The position numbers and the translations under genes were made by a program. Below are positions 27,824-36,186 of a DNA stretch of 64,000 nt, piece by piece. The stretch is from Candidatus Vogelbacteria bacterium (lineage in GTDB: Bacteria; Patescibacteriota; Minisyncoccia; Phycocordibacterales; XYD1-FULL-46-19), in assembly GCA_021414225.1 (NCBI GenBank), contig JAIOOX010000004.1, forward strand, positions 66,206 through 130,205, written 5' to 3'. How positions within the stretch are numbered: position 1 is the stretch's first letter; each line of letters begins with the position of its first letter. Under the pieces are notes generated by a model that was not told the origin of the DNA, did not search any database, and saw only the letters and a list, made by a program, of their open reading frames with translations.

Positions 27824-28744
27824 TTAATTAAATATTGTTAACCATCTATGATGATCAACACTTTCCCCACGAAATATCTGCTCGTATTTATTTTTTATTT
27901 TCCCAGTCAGATGGCCAATTTTTTCTAAACCAATTGACCGACCATCAATTTCCACGATCGGAGCAATGAACGACGACGTCCCACAAGCAAAAACTTCATC
28001 GGCTATATAAACTTCCGTTAGATCAACCAGGCGTTCGACAGTTTTAATATTCATCTCCCCCGCTAACTCCAAAACTGTCTTGCGATTGATCCCCTCTAAG
28101 ATATCACTACTTTGACTAGGAGTAATTAGAATCCCGTCGCGGACGATAAAAATATTAGCTGCACTTAACTCACACACGTGACCATTGGTGTCTAAAAACA
28201 AACAATCATCATAACCACTATCAAGCGCATCCTGCTTACCTAAAACAGAGTTCACGTAAGCCCCATTTACTTTAGCCCGAGACGGAATAGCGTAATCCGG
28301 CACCCGCCGCCACACACTAGTTTTCAAGCGTGCTCCAGTTTGGGAAATAATCGGTTTAGCTTCATAAATAAACATACTCAATATTGTTTCCAAGCCTCGA
28401 GAGCGAGTACCAGGCACCAACTCACTGACATGGACCGTTGCTCTAATAAACACATTTTCATGCAAATCATTAACTTTAACCAATTCTTTGACAGACTCTT
28501 CAAAGCGCTCAAAACTCCAGGCCGGCGCAAAAGTATCAAGACCAATAATCTTAGCTGAGTTAAGTAAACGCTCAAAGTGATCTTCTAAACGAAAGGCGGC
28601 TGGACCAGCTTTCGTTACTATCACCGGGAAAACCGTATAAACACTCAACCCATAAAGAACAGCTGAACTAGCAATACTAAGGTTGGCCTGTTCTAGAGAA
28701 ACAATTTTATCACCTAAATAAGCCCGATTATAAATCTTAGTCAT
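27824..28744 (-). CDS. ilvE: Class IV aminotransferase (branched-chain amino acid aminotransferase-like)
   Basis: Fold-type IV motifs; ELSAANIFIVRDGILITP...ILEGINRK; 306 aa. Confidence 0.75.
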   Translation of the reverse strand: MTKIYNRAYLGDKIVSLEQANLSIASSAVLYGLSVYTVFPVIVTKAGPAAFRLEDHFERLLNSAKIIGLDTFAPAWSFERFEESVKELVKVNDLHENVFIRATVHVSELVPGTRSRGLETILSMFIYEAKPIISQTGARLKTSVWRRVPDYAIPSRAKVNGAYVNSVLGKQDALDSGYDDCLFLDTNGHVCELSAANIFIVRDGILITPSQSSDILEGINRKTVLELAGEMNIKTVERLVDLTEVYIADEVFACGTSSFIAPIVEIDGRSIGLEKIGHLTGKIKNKYEQIFRGESVDHHRWLTIFN

Positions 28745-28860
28745 AACCTTAGAATATAGATTTATCCGTTCATTGTAAAACGGAGGTTTTGTGCTAGATT
28801 GCAGTCAGGTATATGGCTATTTACTCTAACCCCAACATCACTACTCAGGGAGAAAATCAT

Positions 28861-29373
28861 ATGCAACACAAAGTTGCTACTGTCGTTTTTCTCCAGAATG
28901 AGAAAGGCGAAATTTTTATGGGTCGGAAAACCCAAAAAATTGGGATCGGAATGTACACCGGCCCAGGAGGGAAAGTTGAGCCGGGTGAAGCAATAGAAAC
29001 TTGCGCGCGCAGAGAGACTTTTGAAGAAATCCAAGTAAAACTAAAAGAGGCTAGTTTAAGAAAAATAGCCATCATCCAGTTTTACAATCACCACCAAGAT
29101 CCTACAAAATCATTCCTAATGGAAGTCCACTTCTTTCTAGCTAATAATTGGGAAGGGACTCCCCGTGATACAGAGGAGTTGAAGGATGGTAGATGGTTTC
29201 CTCTTTGGCGCTTGCGTTGGTTCCCGTGGTCAGTAAAGATGATGGCGGCGGACAAAATCTTTCTGCCATACATTGCGGCAGGGCAAAAGATCAAAGCCAA
29301 GTTCCATTACGACGGCACTGATCAGAAAAAGTTAACGAAGTACGTAATCAACCAAGTCGAAAGATTTCTCTAG
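28861..29373 (+). CDS. NUDIX hydrolase
   Basis: Nudix box GPGGKVEPGEAIETCARRETFEEIQV. RBS gggaga precedes ATG 28861. Confidence 0.7.
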   Translation: MQHKVATVVFLQNEKGEIFMGRKTQKIGIGMYTGPGGKVEPGEAIETCARRETFEEIQVKLKEASLRKIAIIQFYNHHQDPTKSFLMEVHFFLANNWEGTPRDTEELKDGRWFPLWRLRWFPWSVKMMAADKIFLPYIAAGQKIKAKFHYDGTDQKKLTKYVINQVERFL

Positions 29374-29410
29374 CACTAAATCGTCACGACGATTTAGTGC
29401 TTTTACTTTT
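29372..29410. terminator. Long-stem terminator between the NUDIX gene and tRNA-Gly
   Basis: agcactaaatcgtc / gacgatttagtgct (14-bp arms) followed by tttactttt. Confidence 0.5.
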
Positions 29411-29411
29411 A

Positions 29412-29484
29412 GGTGCGGGTAGGAGGAATCGGACCCCCAACTACAGTTTGGAAAACTGTCGTTTTACCACTAAACTATACCCGC
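29412..29484 (-). tRNA. tRNA-Gly (anticodon TCC); CCA not encoded
   Basis: GCGGGTA acceptor, D stem GTTT/AAAC, anticodon stem ACAGT/ACTGT with loop TTTCCAA (U33, TCC, A37). The T loop is slightly atypical (TCCGATT). Confidence 0.75.
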
Positions 29485-29529
29485 TTCAATAACAGGATTA
29501 TCGTAGCAAAAAAGCTTATCTAATTCAAT

Positions 29530-29949
29530 CTAAAACCAAATTGCCAGAGTGCTGAGGAAAATAGAGAAGCACATCAGCGATGACAATAGACAAAGAGTGC
29601 ACCATTCTCGCAAAATCTTTCCTTGGACATAAATCAAATAACCAGCGGTAAAAGTGGCCAACAAAGTTGGTAAGACCAACAGGGTGAGAAATAAATTAGT
29701 AGCCAAACCCGGAACAATAATCAAACCTAAGTAAGACACTGCCACTAAAGCATAATAAATTAAACCTAAATCTTCCCACGGTATCCCCTGCCAAGCCGAA
29801 AAGCGGCTATGAATCACCATTTCGCAATCAGACTCTGTTGGGCAAACAATTTTATGATTGTGACGTTTCGCCCAATCAATATGTAAACAAATACTAAAAC
29901 CGATCACCGCACACACCACAATTAAGATGTAAAAAATTAACATATCCAA
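29530..29949 (-). CDS. VKOR/DsbB-like thiol-disulfide oxidoreductase membrane protein
   Basis: 4-TM protein with a loop Cys pair (CPTESDC) and a CTLC (CxxC) motif at a TM start, as in vitamin K epoxide reductase homologues. Confidence 0.5.
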   Translation of the reverse strand: MDMLIFYILIVVCAVIGFSICLHIDWAKRHNHKIVCPTESDCEMVIHSRFSAWQGIPWEDLGLIYYALVAVSYLGLIIVPGLATNLFLTLLVLPTLLATFTAGYLIYVQGKILREWCTLCLLSSLMCFSIFLSTLAIWF

Positions 29950-30110
29950 ATATTATATACTCCCCACGACTGAGAGTCGAACTTGCTCACCTTCTAACCA
30001 AACACTTGTCTTTATTTTTTTACGTTGACACTACTATGACAAGGTTTATAGTGAATACAGGGGCTGAGGAACATTTTTAATACAACCGCTCTTTGAAAGG
30101 AGGTGAGAAA

Positions 30111-30431
30111 ATGGGTATGCCAGATAGTTTCATTTGGGATCGAGTTAAGACTATCATTAGTCGAACCTTGGAAATGAAAGGACACCAAGCGATTATTGAA
30201 GTCGCAGACCATTTGCCAAACGAAAGGGTTCGAACCATGACCGTGTTGAGCGCTGATCGGACAGAGCATCCTGGTTCATTTATCTTGGTGGTTACTCATC
30301 GCAAAAGCGGTCGAATAATTGCCAGGGCTAGTGATTCAGTCGGCTGTTTCCGCCACTTCGGCAAAGAAATAGCCGACCGAATAGAAGCAGCGCTTAACAA
30401 GAAAGAAGCCCATGCATCACAACCAAAGTAG
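30111..30431 (+). CDS. Hypothetical small cytoplasmic protein
   Basis: Strong SD aaggaggtga (30096-30105) 5 nt before ATG 30111. The ORF-track start at 30093 would include the SD itself. Confidence 0.4.
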   Translation: MGMPDSFIWDRVKTIISRTLEMKGHQAIIEVADHLPNERVRTMTVLSADRTEHPGSFILVVTHRKSGRIIARASDSVGCFRHFGKEIADRIEAALNKKEAHASQPK

Positions 30432-30490
30432 TTCCTCACCCCATCATGGGTCTATGTGCCAACTGACATAGACCCTCCTTATCCTCCAAA

Positions 30491-30524
30491 ACAAAAAACC
30501 ACTCCAGAAGAGTGGTTTTTTGTT
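30491..30524. terminator. Bidirectional terminator between convergent genes
   Basis: aaaaaaccactc-cagaa-gagtggtttttt. Confidence 0.55.
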
Positions 30525-30542
30525 TGATCAGGAATCTGATTA

Positions 30543-30809
30543 TTATCGGTCGCCTCTAGGTTCCATAGGACGAGCCTCACTAACTGTGAGATTGCGTCCA
30601 CCGAAATCCTTACCATTCCAAAGCTCAATACCCTTCTGAGCTTCTTCATCGGTAGCGAACTCAACGAAACCAAAACCTTTTGAGCGTCCAGTCATACGGT
30701 CTTTGATGACCATAGCTGAAGTTACCGTACCAGCTTGTGAAAACGCGTTCTTGAACTCGTCGTCAGTAGTTGAATAAGGTAGACCGCCTACATAAAGCTT
30801 GTTTGCCAT
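30543..30809 (-). CDS. RRM-type RNA-binding protein
   Basis: RNP-2 LYVGGL and RNP-1 KGFGFVEF; 88 aa. Confidence 0.9.
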   Translation of the reverse strand: MANKLYVGGLPYSTTDDEFKNAFSQAGTVTSAMVIKDRMTGRSKGFGFVEFATDEEAQKGIELWNGKDFGGRNLTVSEARPMEPRGDR

Positions 30810-30927
30810 TGTGTAACGTTCTTTTTTAATAAACGTGTAAGCTGACCTGCTTGTAGTCTCTACTTACCAAACGCACACTAAGCGCGAAGAAAACGTAGGA
30901 GCTAGAACGCAAACTTACAACTTCTCT

Positions 30928-30955
30928 ATTATACCATGTGGATAAGTAAAGTCAA
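30928..30955 (-). promoter_or_regulatory. Strong sigma70-like promoter (TTGACT-16-TGgTATAAT) driving the RRM gene through a ~105-nt leader
   Basis: Minus strand: tttgactttacttatccacatggtataat. About 105 nt lie between the -10 box and ATG 30809. Confidence 0.4.
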
Positions 30956-30976
30956 ACACGGCGATAAAAACTATTT

Positions 30977-31408
30977 TTACCAAGATATTTTTTTGGTTTC
31001 AACAAAATACTGGAGATCTGTCTGGGTTTGCTCCACAATATTTATCTTATGAGAATCCAGTGCCTCAGCCAGATCAACCCAAGCATAACCAGCTCCCTCT
31101 GTAAGAACAATCTGACGACCATCTAAATCTGTTTCAATATAAAAAACGAAACGGTGCGCATTATTCTCTTGATCAAAATAGTCGTAAAGAGCAACAATTT
31201 CTGATGCAGAGAATAAGATGCCAACCTCCTCGTTCATTTCTCTAATTAAAGTTTTTACTGGATCCCCTTGGTCTTCTATCTCAGAACCACCACCAAACAA
31301 AGCCCAAATATTAGGGCTAACCGGAGCAAAAACATCTCTTTTGTGTAATAAAACCTGCTTAGTAGCCGGATTAAAGAAAATGGCAGTGGAACAAGATTTT
31401 TGCGACAT
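30977..31408 (-). CDS. NUDIX hydrolase
   Basis: Nudix box GGGSEIEDQGDPVKTLIREMNEEVGI. Confidence 0.7.
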   Translation of the reverse strand: MSQKSCSTAIFFNPATKQVLLHKRDVFAPVSPNIWALFGGGSEIEDQGDPVKTLIREMNEEVGILFSASEIVALYDYFDQENNAHRFVFYIETDLDGRQIVLTEGAGYAWVDLAEALDSHKINIVEQTQTDLQYFVETKKISW

Positions 31409-31569
31409 TGAAGATATAATAACATGGAATCCCGCCGGGATTATCCTTCGACTCTCACCTCGTCGTCACTCGACTCGGTCTAGGCACCAGCTCACTTGTT
31501 TGGTGTACTCACCAAACACAGCTCCACTGTTCTAATCCCGGACGCAAGAGAAGCAGTTCTCTTGCTCGG

Positions 31570-31618
31570 CCCGAAATACTAAAAAATCCACTTTTGAGGT
31601 GGATTTTTTAGTATTTCG
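31570..31618. terminator. 21-bp perfect-stem hairpin immediately 3' of tRNA-Pro, overlapping its last 3 nt
   Basis: ccgaaatactaaaaaatccac-ttttgag-gtggattttttagtatttcgg. Confidence 0.55.
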
Positions 31619-31688
31619 GGCCGCCGGGATTCGAACCCGGAGTCGCTCGGTCCCAAACCGAGAATGTTAGCCGTTACACCACGGCCCG
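31616..31688 (-). tRNA. tRNA-Pro (anticodon TGG); CCA not encoded
   Basis: CGGGCCG/CGGCCCG acceptor, anticodon stem CTCGG/CCGAG with loop TTTGGGA, T arm CCGGG-TTCGAAT-CCCGG. Confidence 0.85.
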
Positions 31689-31773
31689 TTGTCATTTAAG
31701 TCTTATTCTATCGCTTCAAAAGCCTAAATACCTGGTAATCGTACCACACCAAAACAAAATAGCCAACGCCAGA

Positions 31774-32172
31774 TTAGGTTATATCCTCTAGATGTTCTAT
31801 TTTAAACACCTTATCACTCCCCTGTTCTAAATACACAGTAATAGCATCTAACTGCCAATCTATGTCGTCTTCATCAATCTCGTTGTCCTCTAGGTAGCTA
31901 TTTATCGCCCGATACAACCTTTTCAGTTTCCAAGGATGAATATTATCCTCTGGTTCATAACTATCTGTTTCATGAATAACATCCCCAAACACCCTACTAA
32001 CAGTCTTAACTTCAACAAAATAGATAGTAGTTCCCTTTTTGGCGACAATGTCTATTTCACCCCAAGGTTTACGATAATTTCTAGCCAAAATATAAAAACC
32101 CTTCTTTTTCAACAGTCCCACAGCTTTATTTTCACCTAAAGCACCAATTACTTGTTTAGTGGTTTGCGACAT
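31774..32172 (-). CDS. yraN: YraN-family (UPF0102) endonuclease
   Basis: GENKAVGLLKKKGFYILARNYRKPWGEIDIVAKK signature. Confidence 0.8.
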   Translation of the reverse strand: MSQTTKQVIGALGENKAVGLLKKKGFYILARNYRKPWGEIDIVAKKGTTIYFVEVKTVSRVFGDVIHETDSYEPEDNIHPWKLKRLYRAINSYLEDNEIDEDDIDWQLDAITVYLEQGSDKVFKIEHLEDIT

Positions 32173-32636
32173 CTTCTTTACTCTTTAGTATATCAAAACC
32201 ACCACCAGGTTTCATGATTAACATCTTAATATATGTTTCATATGAAACATATATTACCAGTTACAACCAAATTACCTTAAAAGTCAGTCAAGGACTATAA
32301 AACCTATATTTTAAGCCATATAATTGGATTTAGACATTAAGGGTCAGGTTTATTTGTAATTTTTTTACTGTCTCTTATACACCATATCCCCATAGTTATC
32401 CACGTTTTTCCACTTTTTAGGCCAATTTAGGTCACTTAAGAGACTGTCTGAGATTGGTCTTTTAATGGTGATTAGAAGGAGAGAATCGACTACTAATGAC
32501 TCTGAGAATCGGTCACAACTCTTCTGCCCCTAGATAAACTCAGGGTAATTCGACTATAAAGTCTTGTAATAGAACATAAACCAAGAAACTCTTAACAATA
32601 ATGAAACCTTGTGTTTACACTGAGCTTGTCGAAGTG

Positions 32637-32707
32637 TGCGGGTAGGGAGAATCGAACTCCCGTCTCATCCTTGGCAAGGACGTGTTCTACCACTAAACCA
32701 TACCCGC
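32637..32707 (-). tRNA. tRNA-Gly (anticodon GCC); CCA not encoded
   Basis: GCGGGTA acceptor, anticodon stem CGTCC/GGATG with loop TTGCCAA, T arm GGGAG-TTCGATT-CTCCC. Confidence 0.85.
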
Positions 32708-32812
32708 AAATATTTTTAAAAACAAAACTAGTATAGCAAAAACTTTGGATTATTCAATCACAATAGGTTGATTTTTGGCCTTATTTGTTGTATTTTTAGT
32801 AAGTTTATCAAC

Positions 32813-32887
32813 GCTCTCGTGGTGAAATGGATATCACAACGGTCTTCGGAACCGTCGTTGGGGGTTCGAGTCCCTCCGGGAGCACCA
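32813..32887 (+). tRNA. tRNA-Arg (anticodon TCG); CCA encoded
   Basis: GCTCTCG...CGGGAGC-A-CCA acceptor, D stem GTGA/TCAC, anticodon stem ACGGT/ACCGT with loop CTTCGGA. Confidence 0.85.
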
Positions 32888-32942
32888 AAATCTGAATCTA
32901 ATAGGAGATTTCTTAATCTAAAATCACCTCAGTTTTAATGAA

Positions 32943-34418
32943 ATGAAAATAGACCTAATTATTCCCAAAGAAGTTTCACGAATAACAAAAACCCTTGAAG
33001 AAGGGGGGTTTTCAGCTTATCTAGTTGGTGGTTGCGTTCGAGACTTGCTAATGAACCGACCACCCAAAGATTGGGATATCACCACCAACGCTACCCCTGA
33101 CCAAATTGTTGGGCTTTTTCCTAAAACTGTCTACGAAAACACCTTTGGCACCGTTACTGTTATTAATGAAGATATTGAACCACTAGATTTACGTCATATT
33201 GAAGTGACCCCTTTTAGAACAGAGGGGGCTTATAGTGATAAGCGCCATCCCGACAAGGTAGAATTTGGCACAAGTCTAACTGAAGACCTTAAGCGTCGGG
33301 ATTTCACTATCAACGCTTTGGCCTATAGTCCGTCTAATGGACAGCTAGTAGATGAGTTTGGGGGAGTAAAAGATATAAAGGACAAAATAATCAGAGCAGT
33401 CGGGGAAGCTGAGGTTAGATTGGGGGAAGATCCACTCAGAATCATGCGTGCCATTCGTTTAGAGGCTCAATTAGGTTTCACGATTAACCTCGAGACAAAA
33501 AAAGCCTTAAGAGGCCAGGCGGCTGACTTATCCAGCATCTCCACTGAGCGGATTAGGGATGAGTTTGAGAAACTAATCATGTCTGCCAACCCAATGTCCG
33601 GACTAGAGAGTATGAAAGACTGTGGTGTTTTATCTTATGTTATTCGTGAAACAGGGGAGATGGTTGGGGTAGAGCAAGGTGGCGCTCATATTTATGACGT
33701 TTGGGAACACTCTTTGCGAGCCTTGCAACACGCCGCTGCCAAAAACGGGAGCTTAGAGATTCGTTTAGCGGCTCTGTTTCACGACATAGGCAAACCAAAA
33801 ACTAGACGTAGTTCTACAGTTGTTGGTAAGAAGGCCTACACTTTCTACGGTCACGAAGTGGTGGGAGCGAGAATGGTCAAAAAGATACTGACGGAACTAA
33901 AATTTCCCCAAAAAACAATTAATATTGTTGAAAGGTTAGTCAGAAACCATATGTTCTTTGCGGACACTGACCAAATAACCTTATCAGCCGTACGAAGGTT
34001 GGTGGCTAAGGTTGGACCCGACTTAGTTTGGGACCTTATGACCATTAGGGCCTGCGACCGGATTGGAATGGGCCGCCCGAAAGAAGATCCTTATAGACTA
34101 CGTAAGTATGAGGCTATGATTGAGGAAGCCATGAGAGCCCCTACATCAGTCGGTATGTTGAAGTTAGATGGTAATGACCTAATAAAGCTCTCTCAAGAGA
34201 AACCAGGGCCTAAAATAGGCTTTATTTTACATGCCTTACTGGAGGAAGTCTTGGATAAACCAGAGTTAAATAATAGAAACTATCTAGAAAATAAAGCTTT
34301 GGACTTATTAAAATTACCTCTAGAGAAATTAAAAAAATTAGGAGAAGCCGGTAAAGAAAAGAAAGAAGAGACAGAGGAAGGGGAACTGGCTGAAATCCGT
34401 AAACGTCATCGAGTATAA
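32943..34418 (+). CDS. cca: CCA-adding enzyme (tRNA nucleotidyltransferase, class II, with HD domain)
   Basis: GGCVRDLLM...DWDI head motif, RRDFTINA, HD region (LFHDIGK); 491 aa. Confidence 0.85.
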   Translation: MKIDLIIPKEVSRITKTLEEGGFSAYLVGGCVRDLLMNRPPKDWDITTNATPDQIVGLFPKTVYENTFGTVTVINEDIEPLDLRHIEVTPFRTEGAYSDKRHPDKVEFGTSLTEDLKRRDFTINALAYSPSNGQLVDEFGGVKDIKDKIIRAVGEAEVRLGEDPLRIMRAIRLEAQLGFTINLETKKALRGQAADLSSISTERIRDEFEKLIMSANPMSGLESMKDCGVLSYVIRETGEMVGVEQGGAHIYDVWEHSLRALQHAAAKNGSLEIRLAALFHDIGKPKTRRSSTVVGKKAYTFYGHEVVGARMVKKILTELKFPQKTINIVERLVRNHMFFADTDQITLSAVRRLVAKVGPDLVWDLMTIRACDRIGMGRPKEDPYRLRKYEAMIEEAMRAPTSVGMLKLDGNDLIKLSQEKPGPKIGFILHALLEEVLDKPELNNRNYLENKALDLLKLPLEKLKKLGEAGKEKKEETEEGELAEIRKRHRV

Positions 34419-34748
34419 AACTCAAATATTAATACCTCAGACCTGTAGATTAAAATAGTCAGAAACAAACAACGCCCCAGAGGGACAGTGCCTTGGGACG
34501 GTAAAGCGCTTCACACAGGTATAGACCTGAACAGGAAACGTTGGATTATAAAATTGTTTCCTAAAACTTACAAAATTTAGTGTGGAGAAGGACTAAACTC
34601 ATAAGCCAGATCTTATCCTGGTTCATCACGACTTAGTGAAGACCAGATCATGTCTGATATGATTATACATGTGTCCTATATTAAAGGACAAACATTTTCT
34701 TGTGGATAACCGGTTCCACCTAAATAAATAAATTTGTCCTTTATTAAA

Positions 34749-35675
34749 TTAGCGCCTCTTCCCATGAAATTTACTGTGGATATCTTTTAGTTGTCTATCG
34801 GTAACGTGGGTGTAAATCTGAGTAGTGGCCACGTTAGCATGCCCTAACATCACTTGAACTGAACGAATATCAGCTCCATTCTGTAGTAGGTCCGTCGCGA
34901 AAGAGTGACGAATAACGTGCGGGGTTACTTTCTTATTAGAAATACCGGCTTTGATAGCATAAAATTTTACAATTCTCTCTACACTACGCGGCGTTAATCG
35001 TTCCGGCTCCTTTTTACCTTTCCCTATATTAACAAACAGCGCCTCATGCATATCATCTCGTTTAGCTAAATAAGTCTTAAGGTTATCTTTGGCGGTAGGG
35101 GAGATAAAGACTAAACGGACCTTCTCACCCTTACCTCTAACCGAGAATTCATCACGAGACAAGTCGATTGAATCCTGATCTAAGTTACACAACTCCGAAA
35201 CCCGCAAACCAGTTGAAAATAGCAGCTCTAAAATGGCCTTATCCCGCAAAGATTTTAAGTCAGAATCCTGTGGCCCAGCCATTAAACGCTCTAATTCCAC
35301 GTCAGTAATCAGATCCAGCTCTCGACCCGGGGTTTTGGCTAATTCTATTCGTTCCGGGGCTAAGGAGCTAACCCCCCGACGAGCCAAGTATTTAAGGAAC
35401 ATCCGCAAAGCGATCAAATGGTAGTTTTGGGTGTTTTTCTTCAAAGTCGCCCCCCTGACAGTCGGGGAAGGTTGACGGTTAAGCCACAAACGAAAGGCTC
35501 GTAACGAATCGTCAGTAATATCAGCTGGTTTGGATATGCCCGTCTGGTTAATGAACTTTGTTAGATAACGGTCATAGTTTTCAACCGTTTTCAGACTACG
35601 ACCCTTTTCAATCTCTTGGTATTCGAGAAATTCTCGTTTAATGCTTTGGATATCCATAAATATAGTGTCGCACAA
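34749..35675 (-). CDS. xerC: Tyrosine site-specific recombinase, XerC/XerD family
   Basis: C-terminal catalytic HVIRHSFAT, LGHANVATTQIYTHV (R-H-R-Y residues). N-terminal core-binding domain. 308 aa. Confidence 0.8.
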   Translation of the reverse strand: MCDTIFMDIQSIKREFLEYQEIEKGRSLKTVENYDRYLTKFINQTGISKPADITDDSLRAFRLWLNRQPSPTVRGATLKKNTQNYHLIALRMFLKYLARRGVSSLAPERIELAKTPGRELDLITDVELERLMAGPQDSDLKSLRDKAILELLFSTGLRVSELCNLDQDSIDLSRDEFSVRGKGEKVRLVFISPTAKDNLKTYLAKRDDMHEALFVNIGKGKKEPERLTPRSVERIVKFYAIKAGISNKKVTPHVIRHSFATDLLQNGADIRSVQVMLGHANVATTQIYTHVTDRQLKDIHSKFHGKRR

Positions 35676-35745
35676 TATTATAACACTAAAATCAATACGT
35701 CAGCCATTCCTCTGGAGATTATCTGGGTGTATCTAGTGATTCTAC

Positions 35746-35774
35746 TTGCAAAACAAAGGGTTTTATGCTATGAT
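35746..35774 (+). promoter_or_regulatory. Sigma70-like promoter TTGCAA-17-TATGAT for rpsO (leaderless or near-leaderless)
   Basis: ttgcaa (35746-51), a 17-nt spacer, tatgat (35769-74). ATG at 35782. Confidence 0.4.
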
Positions 35775-35781
35775 ACCCCTC

Positions 35782-36042
35782 ATGCTTACAACCAAGAAAA
35801 AGCAGGTAATCATTAAGAAAAGTAAAGTCCATGACACCGATACTGGATCCTCTAAGGTCCAGATCGCTCTTTTGACTGAAAGAATTAATGAATTAGCTGA
35901 ACACCTCAAGAAAAACGCTAAAGATAACCACTCTCGTCGCGGTTTACTACAACTAGTAGCTAAACGCCGCTCTCACATCAAGTATATGGAGACTCAAACT
36001 AAGAAAGAGGAGAAAAAAGAAGCAGCTAAAGCTTCTAAGTAA
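35782..36042 (+). CDS. rpsO: 30S ribosomal protein S15
   Basis: [40 protein letters not shown] matches the S15 signature. Start trimmed to MLTTKKK. Confidence 0.8.
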   Translation: MLTTKKKQVIIKKSKVHDTDTGSSKVQIALLTERINELAEHLKKNAKDNHSRRGLLQLVAKRRSHIKYMETQTKKEEKKEAAKASK

Positions 36043-36186
36043 ACCATCCGTTTTTTGTGTTATACTTGGTTGGTAAGTAATTTTTAATAAAGTATTGGTG
36101 TTAGTCTTTTTTTATTGCTAATAAATTTGGTTAGATTTTTCTGTTTGTAGTAGCCAAAAGACCAGCCCCCTAATTTCATAATCTTA

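Noticed and set aside
28762-29075. Small overlapping ORFs (28762..29034 -, 28799..28996 +, 28857..29075 -) around the NUDIX gene start
   Set aside because: They conflict with the well-supported NUDIX frame (Nudix box), which is preceded by a GGGAGA RBS at ATG 28861. They are mutually overlapping and have no signals.
29412-29484. First-pass reading of this tRNA as tRNA-Trp (CCA)
   Set aside because: Careful numbering places the anticodon-loop positions 34-36 at TCC within TTTCCAA, giving tRNA-Gly(TCC). The CCA seen was positions 35-37.
29955-30010. tRNA-like 3' fragment (…aagttcgactctcagtcgtggggag on the minus strand) that might have marked an att site flanking the VKOR-like gene
   Set aside because: No consistent T-stem or acceptor pairing could be drawn, and it does not match the 3' end of the adjacent tRNA-Gly. 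Treated as chance resemblance.
31218-31535. 105-aa + strand ORF
   Set aside because: It overlaps the NUDIX gene antisense and then runs through the hairpin-dense intergenic region. It has no RBS. The structured noncoding interpretation is preferred.
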